A stretch of 64,000 nucleotides of DNA from positions 1,414 through 65,413 of the forward strand of contig QXYA01000095.1 in the NCBI GenBank assembly GCA_009887135.1, given 5' to 3'. A program made the translations under genes and the position numbers. The stretch is from Candidatus Poseidoniales archaeon. GTDB lineage: Archaea; Thermoplasmatota; Poseidoniia; Poseidoniales; Poseidoniaceae. The notes below the pieces were generated by a model that was given only the letters and a program-made list of their open reading frames with translations, made no database searches and was not told the DNA's origin. Shown in pieces: positions 29,081 through 36,177 of this stretch. Within the stretch, counting starts at the first letter, position 1, and the number at the start of each line of letters is the position of its first letter.

Positions 29081-30204
29081 TCCTTCACCTCTGGGTCATA
29101 GATCCAGCGGTCTTGGTCGGGGTCCCATTCATCCCATGTAGGAATAGTTTCGAGAACAGAGTGGTATTTGTCAGGAACAATTCCTGGAACGATGAATGCT
29201 TTTTGTCGATGCAATGGATATGGATTACGTAGATCAATTCCAAGAACACCTAAGACAGCACGAGCAACGTACCATGTTGCTTGAGCATTCCAACCATGTG
29301 CAATTTTAACCACAATTCCAAGCCCCTTTGGATAATCTGGATGTTCAATGGCGAGACCAAGTAATCCATCCGCCCCTTCTTTTGCAATAACAGTACCTGC
29401 TCCTGCTTTGAGAATGGTTGAATCGAGTCGATTAAATCCACCGACAAGATCAGGATGCCGTACCATGGATTCCCAGATCCAATCAGCGTCTTTATCTCGC
29501 ACAAGACCTGCATAAATCTGGGCTAATTCAGCAACAGTGTTGGAAACCGTGGGCAAGCCACATCCGTCTTTAGCGATACGCAATGGTGTCCAATCCTCGC
29601 CAAGAAATCTACGGATCTGTTCCATATAGGCTTCGAAAACAGGGTGATTTGGAAGCGTATATCCTGCACGGTTCCATCCCTTTTCTCGACAACCTCGAAG
29701 AATCGCTGCATGCTCTCCTGAGCAGGTGTGATACCAGCGGCGAGGACGACGGACTTGCCGGCCAAATTGAATCAAAGGAACATCTAATGGCGTCAACATA
29801 AGCGGCCATTCGGATTCCGAAAGTAGAGATTGTGCTGCTGCTACGTGTTCGGTATCGCCGTTATGACTTGCCACCGCTATCGCTTTTTGCTCCCAAGTGA
29901 AAGGCTCGAGTTCCTTAACGAAGGCTTTGAGCATGAACGGTTTCATCATCGAACGCCCGTAACAGAGAACATTTCCCCCAAACGAATGAATGACTTCATC
30001 ACCATGCGCCCATGCTACTGCTCCATGAATGGTGGTTTCAGAAACACCATTTCGGCGATAGTCAACCAGGGGCTCCCAATCGACATCTCTCCCAGTTGGG
30101 ATTCCATCGACTTGTTCCCCGAGAGGGGAATTTGGAAACAATCCGCTGCCAGGTTGACCTGGCTTTACTGCCGAGTGTGAGTGATGTTGAATTCCCATAT
30201 TCAT
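29077..30204 (-). CDS. Class 3 (Rhizobium AnsA-type, asparaginase II family) amidohydrolase, variant
   Basis: RSMMKP, ASHNG, TCSGEH (vs NCSGKH), DGCG, AKEGADG; ATGA overlap with the ALDH gene. Confidence 0.8.
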   Translation of the reverse strand: MNMGIQHHSHSAVKPGQPGSGLFPNSPLGEQVDGIPTGRDVDWEPLVDYRRNGVSETTIHGAVAWAHGDEVIHSFGGNVLCYGRSMMKPFMLKAFVKELEPFTWEQKAIAVASHNGDTEHVAAAQSLLSESEWPLMLTPLDVPLIQFGRQVRRPRRWYHTCSGEHAAILRGCREKGWNRAGYTLPNHPVFEAYMEQIRRFLGEDWTPLRIAKDGCGLPTVSNTVAELAQIYAGLVRDKDADWIWESMVRHPDLVGGFNRLDSTILKAGAGTVIAKEGADGLLGLAIEHPDYPKGLGIVVKIAHGWNAQATWYVARAVLGVLGIDLRNPYPLHRQKAFIVPGIVPDKYHSVLETIPTWDEWDPDQDRWIYDPEVKE

Positions 30205-31430
30205 CCATCCTTGAGAAGTTCTTCAACGCGAGGAACAACTTTTTGCATGTATGCACGCATGTTACGACAAACACGATCACTATCATGATTGAAGAAATCA
30301 AACCATGCCATTACTCGATCTTGTGGGTGGAAACGTTCGACCAATTGTTGAGCAACATCTTCGACATTTCCGATAAGTGCGTTTTGAGCAGCATTTTGTA
30401 CCTTTGTAGGATCGATTGTTCCTTCGAGGGCATTCCAATAAGCACCTAGAGACAAATCTGCTTCACTCTGTGCAGCTAATCGTTGTTCTTCAGAAGTTAA
30501 TCCTTCCTCATCATTAACAAATACGAAACTGGTTCGAGGCATATCTGAACGCTTCCATTCACCACCATCTGAATGGAAACATTGACGCATACGCTCATGT
30601 GTTGCATCGATGACTTCGGGTTGTGTAATGGAGAGATTAAAGACACGAACTGGTAGATATTTATTGACAAAAACCTGGGCTTTCGGGTCATGAGTTCCTG
30701 CGACTAAGACCAATTGATTACGATCAAATTTGTTCGGAACAATTCGAATGTCTTCGAACACATATCTTCGATCGATGGTTATTGAATCATCTTTCGAACC
30801 GTGTGCATTCTGCACCTTTTCCCAATCGCCATCACTACGGAAATTATCACGCGTAAGTACTGTTGAGCGAATCTCATCGGAGTGAACTACATCTCCCCTG
30901 AGTAATCTCAAGAAGATTTCACTTGCTTCAAGGAAGATCTGTCCACGCAGAGCTGGCCAAGCGGCTTCTTCGGTTGGAGTCCTCGGAACGATTCCATATG
31001 GCCGGGCCATGAATTCAAATCGTCCTGCGGAGAACCCAACGTGGAGTTTCCTCGTGTCACCTTTGACAGCCAAAAGTTGCAATGTATTTGCGATACGTTC
31101 TGCTTGAGCAATCGGCCCACCTGATGCAAGGATTGACACAACTGCACTTCCGATTTCAATTCGGTTTGTCTGTCGGAAAGATTCCATCGCCAGTTGTGGG
31201 AAATCAGTACAGAGACCAACCTCTCCTTTCCAGTGTGGAACCACAGGTCTACTGTTTGATTTTTGAGTTTCAGTTGAAAGATGAGATTGTGCAATCCAGC
31301 CGACGCCAAATCCAAGTTCATCTGCAAGCGTAAGTTGCTGAAAGTAATTCTTGAACATGGTTTGCTCAGATGGGATATGCCCTTCATGGTCTGGAGTTTG
31401 ACTGATGGAGAAGAAAATATCGTGTTCCAT
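30201..31430 (-). CDS. Luciferase-like flavin-dependent monooxygenase (LLM class)
   Basis: LADELGFGVGWIAQSH, TNRIEIGSAV, PIAQAERI, LIGNVEDVAQQL; SD-like GGTGAGAGG before ATG 31430; ATGA overlap with next gene. Confidence 0.85.
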   Translation of the reverse strand: MEHDIFFSISQTPDHEGHIPSEQTMFKNYFQQLTLADELGFGVGWIAQSHLSTETQKSNSRPVVPHWKGEVGLCTDFPQLAMESFRQTNRIEIGSAVVSILASGGPIAQAERIANTLQLLAVKGDTRKLHVGFSAGRFEFMARPYGIVPRTPTEEAAWPALRGQIFLEASEIFLRLLRGDVVHSDEIRSTVLTRDNFRSDGDWEKVQNAHGSKDDSITIDRRYVFEDIRIVPNKFDRNQLVLVAGTHDPKAQVFVNKYLPVRVFNLSITQPEVIDATHERMRQCFHSDGGEWKRSDMPRTSFVFVNDEEGLTSEEQRLAAQSEADLSLGAYWNALEGTIDPTKVQNAAQNALIGNVEDVAQQLVERFHPQDRVMAWFDFFNHDSDRVCRNMRAYMQKVVPRVEELLKDG

Positions 31431-31490
31431 ACCTCTCACCTGTTCTCTCCATGAAATCAAAGGACATAACCAGTTCGACGCTCGTCTGAC

Positions 31491-32312
31491 CTATTTCTCA
31501 AGATTCGTTAATGCGTGTAGTCGCTCTTTCAAGAGGGGTGGAGTAGCGATTCCGAGTTGCATAAACAAGTGCATTGTGTCTGAAAGGAGGAGCAGGGCAT
31601 CATCAAAGCGAGTCTCGATTTCTGCAAGATCTGCCAAACCCCAACTTGCAACAAGATGACCTGCTGGATGTTCCATTGATTTCGCAATATCAAGACTCTC
31701 TTGATACATTTCAGAGGCTGTTGCAAGTTCACCAAGACTTGCTTGTGCATGAGCAACATCTGCCATTGCTTCCATTTGGAGGATATCATTTTGATTGTTG
31801 ACCGCTAGTTCTAGCCGTCGAGTATCGTGAATAATGGCTGTTTCCCAATCTTCATTCGCTCGAGCACAACGAGAAAGGACTGCTAATCCAAAGATGAGGC
31901 CTTCCTTATCCTCCAACTTTTCTCTCAATGTCAGTGAACGACGTACAGACGCCTGAGCGCCATCAATTTCGTCTATTGAAAGAAGCATGAGAGCGTGGTG
32001 ATGAAGAACTCCAGCTGCAAGAGCCTCACCATTTTCAATCGATTCCGCTTTGAAAGCAAGTTCTGCTACATCATCGATGGACCCTTGATTTCGTTTCAAC
32101 ATCTCAAAATGCGCCCAACCTTTCTCAATATCGTCTTTAGCAACAACTCCAGCGTGTTCAACCAATTTATGGAGAAGTTCGAAATCTCCTATCGATTCAA
32201 CGAGAGGAAGAATCCCAAGAGCAAGGGATGTGTTGATTGATTCCATGGCTCCTCCTTGAGTCAGCATTGAAACAATTTCTTGTGCTTGTTCGGGAGTAAT
32301 CTCTTCTGCCAT
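31491..32312 (-). CDS. TPR-repeat protein
   Basis: Helical repeats, e.g. LGELATASEMYQESLDIAKSM and AQASVRRSLTLREKL. Confidence 0.72.
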   Translation of the reverse strand: MAEEITPEQAQEIVSMLTQGGAMESINTSLALGILPLVESIGDFELLHKLVEHAGVVAKDDIEKGWAHFEMLKRNQGSIDDVAELAFKAESIENGEALAAGVLHHHALMLLSIDEIDGAQASVRRSLTLREKLEDKEGLIFGLAVLSRCARANEDWETAIIHDTRRLELAVNNQNDILQMEAMADVAHAQASLGELATASEMYQESLDIAKSMEHPAGHLVASWGLADLAEIETRFDDALLLLSDTMHLFMQLGIATPPLLKERLHALTNLEK

Positions 32313-32401
32313 GACGTGGCCATAATCAACCGCGTCAAGAACCTATGGATTCTGCTGATAAAGGGCTGTATATTGATAATGTAGAGTCATCACAACAGAC
32401 C

Positions 32402-33364
32402 ATGGGTCGTTTTGACGGAGCACTACAAGGGGTTATGTTAGTGTCCCTTTTGTTACTGTTCCCCATCACCATTCAATTATTGGTCCAACAAGATGATAGC
32501 CCTCTGTGGCGAACTGTTGTAGTCGAAATTGAATCTGATGAAGAGGACAATGGTACTGATGCACGCGCCGAATCATTATCTCGGGAAGATGTTGCCCGTA
32601 TTGCTACATTTAACATCAAAGTATTCGGTGAAACAAAGATGGGTAAAGCAGAGGTTGTCGCAGAATTAGTCGAAATCGTTCATCGCTATGACATGGTTGT
32701 TGTCCAAGAGATCAAGGATATTGATTCAACAGTCCCCTATGATTTCCTTGATGCCATTAATCAATATGGAAATGAGACATATGCTATGGTTCTAAGTGAA
32801 CGTTCTGGACTCCAGGAAGATGATAGTGGAAGCCAAGAACAATATGCATTTTATTACAGAGAGTCGGTATTTGTTCCAAACGAGGCATGGTTGCACAATG
32901 ATTCTCAAGAGGATGCATTCCAACGTGAACCCTTCATTGCAAACTTTGGAATGATGAATTTAAACAACTCTATCACAGAAAATATGACCTTTATTACTGT
33001 ACATGCCAAACCTTCCGAAGCAGTGAATGAAACCTCGGCTTTGCATGATGTTGTTGAAACGTATTTAGAAAATCGTACACAAGAGAACATCATTTTGCTT
33101 GGTGATTTCAATGCCGATTGTAGTTATGCTTCAACATATGAATTGAATCAACTTTCACTTCGACAGCCACAATATCTGTGGGTGGTGCCAGATACTGCGG
33201 ATACAGCATATTCCTCAAACAGCCATTGTGCATATGATCGAGTTGTGATGACCGGTGATATCGATGGTCGATTCTTTGGGCGATGGGGCGTAGATCGGGA
33301 TATGTCTAGTTCAAATGTATCGGACCATTATCCTGTTTGGTTTGATCTCGAACGCATCGAGTAA
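32402..33364 (+). CDS. Membrane-anchored DNase I-family endonuclease
   Basis: N-terminal TM; IATFNIKVFGETKM, YDMVVVQEIKD, FQREP, VHAKP, LGDFNADCSY, PDTADT, CAYDRVV, VSDHYPV. Confidence 0.92.
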   Translation: MGRFDGALQGVMLVSLLLLFPITIQLLVQQDDSPLWRTVVVEIESDEEDNGTDARAESLSREDVARIATFNIKVFGETKMGKAEVVAELVEIVHRYDMVVVQEIKDIDSTVPYDFLDAINQYGNETYAMVLSERSGLQEDDSGSQEQYAFYYRESVFVPNEAWLHNDSQEDAFQREPFIANFGMMNLNNSITENMTFITVHAKPSEAVNETSALHDVVETYLENRTQENIILLGDFNADCSYASTYELNQLSLRQPQYLWVVPDTADTAYSSNSHCAYDRVVMTGDIDGRFFGRWGVDRDMSSSNVSDHYPVWFDLERIE

Positions 33365-33376
33365 GGCGGGAAGAGG

Positions 33377-34207
33377 ATGCATCGAATTGCTTCAATTCCA
33401 GCCCGTATCAATATCATAGGCGAGCATACGGATTATGCAGGAGGCCTCTCCTTTGCATTTGCAGCACCTCAACGCCTGACCCTCAAAGCAAGAGCAATTT
33501 CTGAGGGATTTGAAGGCGAGAGTACGATTGTTTCTCTGTGGAAAGAAGCGAAAGGATGGCCGGCTCAACTGACTGTAACAAGCGAAATTCCAATAGGAGC
33601 AGGGATGTCATCTTCAGCTGCACTATGTTTAGCAATTGTTCTGTGCATTAACAAGGACATTGAAGCATTTCAAGCTTGTCAAGAAGCACAACGAATCGAA
33701 CATGTCGTACTTGGAACAGAGTGCGGTTTACTCGATCAAATCGCAATGATGTTTTCCAAACCCAATCATGCGACATTAATTGATTTTTCAACGAATACGA
33801 CAACACAACACCCCCTACCAGAATCTCATGTGTTCAAACTTATTGATTCAGGAATTCACAGAACATTGGGGGAAATGGACTATCGAACATCTGTCGATGA
33901 ACAAACAAAGAACATCCATGTCCAAGAAGAGAATCAACGTGTAAAAGAAGCGATTCGAGCCTCGCCCAATCAATTAGGATTGCTGCTCAACGCCGCTCAT
34001 GAATCATTACGAACCATCGGGGTAAGTATAGAAGAGATCGATCAACAAGTGATGGTCCTTCAAAATACACCAGGAGTCTTGGGCGCTCGTATGATGGGTG
34101 GTGGCTTTGGTGGGATGATTCTCGTTCTTGTTGAACATGAGGGGATCTTACCTCAAACTGCTGTTGTCCACCCCTCAGAGGCTGGTTTTGTTCAGGAATT
34201 CCGCTAA
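33377..34207 (+). CDS. galK: Galactokinase (GHMP), compact form
   Basis: PARINIIGEHTDY, PIGAGMSSSAA, CGLLDQ, GARMMGGGFGG. Confidence 0.85.
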   Translation: MHRIASIPARINIIGEHTDYAGGLSFAFAAPQRLTLKARAISEGFEGESTIVSLWKEAKGWPAQLTVTSEIPIGAGMSSSAALCLAIVLCINKDIEAFQACQEAQRIEHVVLGTECGLLDQIAMMFSKPNHATLIDFSTNTTTQHPLPESHVFKLIDSGIHRTLGEMDYRTSVDEQTKNIHVQEENQRVKEAIRASPNQLGLLLNAAHESLRTIGVSIEEIDQQVMVLQNTPGVLGARMMGGGFGGMILVLVEHEGILPQTAVVHPSEAGFVQEFR

Positions 34208-36151
34208 CCGTTCCAAACGTTCAGGTGTCCCCATGTCCCAAAACTTCGTATTATCCAAATATGCTGAGGCTTTCATTGACATTTCGGGATAGACTGTTTC
34301 TTCCCAACTCCATTTTCCATCTTTACCGTGTTCGAGGAGAACCCTTTTCTCTACAACACTGGTTCCAGATTCATAGCCATTGAATTCAGATGGAGGTGAT
34401 GTACTTTTATCGTATTGAGCGATTTTCCCATCAACATGTAGAAGATTCATCTCACCATGTTCAGTCGTTACAGTAAGGGTTAACGGAGAGGATTCTTGTT
34501 CATGATAAGCGACAAGTTCGCTATAATCGATTGGATGGAAATCATCCCCCCAAAGTAAGATGAATCGATCTTGAATCAGGTGCCGTGCATTCCACAGAGC
34601 ACCTCCTGTCCCAAGTGGTTCGGATTCTTGATGAAACGTAAGCGCCATTCCTTCATGTCGGAAACCATCGAATTGCTCACCCAAATGCCCTGTTAGAATC
34701 AAAGCCTCCATACACCCTTGAGCGCCAGCCCAATCAAGAATGTGAGAAAGGATAGGTTTTCCGGACACGTTAATGAGAGATTTTGGCATCTGTTTCGTCC
34801 GTTCACCGAGACGAGTTCCCAATCCACCAGCCAAGATAACGACTTGTGGAACGCGGTGTGCTTTGACAATCTCTGAATACAAAGCGCCGCTTTCTTTTAG
34901 TGTTCGTTCTTTGGTTTCAAAATCGACATGATAGAGGCCAAATCGTTGATCATAGCCTTCAGCCCATTCGAAATTATCCATAAGACTCCAATGATAAAAT
35001 CCACGTATATCCATCCCATCTGCAATGGCTTCACCGGTTATCTGCAAGTGACGTCGGATATGTTCAGGACGCATGTCATCATCGTCATCTGCAACTCCGT
35101 TTTCAGTGACAATAATTGGAAGATTAAGGCATGAAACCATATCAAAAGCACGGCGTAATCCTTCAGCATACATAGGATATCTGAAATCAGTTCGTTGTTC
35201 CCATGGACGAATCAATGGATCGATATCGACTTTAGTTGGCATGAACGGAGTGGCAAGAAGATGAGTGTAGTAGTTGACCCCAATGAAATCACTGCTTCCT
35301 TTAAGTCCTGGAATTTCCTTTGAACGAAGAGCTGAAGGCGCCTTGAATCGTCCTGTCATCAATCCTTTAATCCAACAAAGATTGAACATTCCATCGAGAA
35401 GTCGTGCTTGCAATCGGTGCAATGGATTCCAACGACGGTATGGATCGAAGAGATTGATATTCTTCACCAATCCGATATGAGCACGCTTACCATGCTCCAT
35501 GGATTTCAGGGTTTGATAGCAACGGGCGTGAGCTCTCATAAGATTGGTTGAAACGATTCTTGTTTTCTTAAATGAGCGCTCACCTGGTGGAAACTCTCCC
35601 AAGACATATCCCATCGAAGCAAAAACTGCAGGTTCGTTGATGGTACACCACCAGTCTATGCGGTCACTCAAAACGTCAAACATTTTTACACAGAAGCGAA
35701 TCCAATCATCAATATTGTTTTCGTTCTCAAAGCCTCCTTTTTCATCCCACCAGAGAGGATGTGTGAAATGATGGAGAGTAGCCATCGGTTGGATGCCTTT
35801 GTCCAGAAGTTGGTCAACAAGGTCCGAATACCATTGAACTGCATCCTCATCCCAGATACCTTGTTGTGGTTCAATACGACTCCATTCGATTGAAAATCTG
35901 TAGTGTGAAACATTCAGGTCCTTGATCAGTTGAATATCTTCTTCCTTTCGATTCCAATGATCGCATGCGTTACCACTGAGTTGACCACTTTTTGAACGTG
36001 GCTCAAAAGCAGACCAATTATTGGTATTTCCACCTTCGATTTGATGAGATGCAGTAGCAACACCCCACATGAAATTCGGTGGGAAAAGATTCCCCGATAG
36101 AAGGTTTGTATAGTCCACTGAGTCCCAATTACGATGTTCTTCAATCCCCAT
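34175..36151 (-). CDS. Fusion: GH1 beta-glycosidase + sugar-phosphate nucleotidyltransferase
   Basis: FMWGVATASHQIEG, YRFSIEWSRI, TINEP, VTENG, WSLMDNFEWAEG; then VILAGGLGTRL..PKSL, EPLGTGGAL, WDMGTPE. Confidence 0.9.
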   Translation of the reverse strand: MGIEEHRNWDSVDYTNLLSGNLFPPNFMWGVATASHQIEGGNTNNWSAFEPRSKSGQLSGNACDHWNRKEEDIQLIKDLNVSHYRFSIEWSRIEPQQGIWDEDAVQWYSDLVDQLLDKGIQPMATLHHFTHPLWWDEKGGFENENNIDDWIRFCVKMFDVLSDRIDWWCTINEPAVFASMGYVLGEFPPGERSFKKTRIVSTNLMRAHARCYQTLKSMEHGKRAHIGLVKNINLFDPYRRWNPLHRLQARLLDGMFNLCWIKGLMTGRFKAPSALRSKEIPGLKGSSDFIGVNYYTHLLATPFMPTKVDIDPLIRPWEQRTDFRYPMYAEGLRRAFDMVSCLNLPIIVTENGVADDDDDMRPEHIRRHLQITGEAIADGMDIRGFYHWSLMDNFEWAEGYDQRFGLYHVDFETKERTLKESGALYSEIVKAHRVPQVVILAGGLGTRLGERTKQMPKSLINVSGKPILSHILDWAGAQGCMEALILTGHLGEQFDGFRHEGMALTFHQESEPLGTGGALWNARHLIQDRFILLWGDDFHPIDYSELVAYHEQESSPLTLTVTTEHGEMNLLHVDGKIAQYDKSTSPPSEFNGYESGTSVVEKRVLLEHGKDGKWSWEETVYPEMSMKASAYLDNTKFWDMGTPERLERLAEFLNKTSL

Positions 36152-36177
36152 ATTGGCACCACCAAAGCGATAAAAAT

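Noticed and set aside
31491-33364. TPR protein + nuclease as an anti-phage defence system
   Set aside because: The genes are divergent, the nuclease has an export/anchor segment and DNase I disulfide motifs, and no NTPase or other defence domains are nearby
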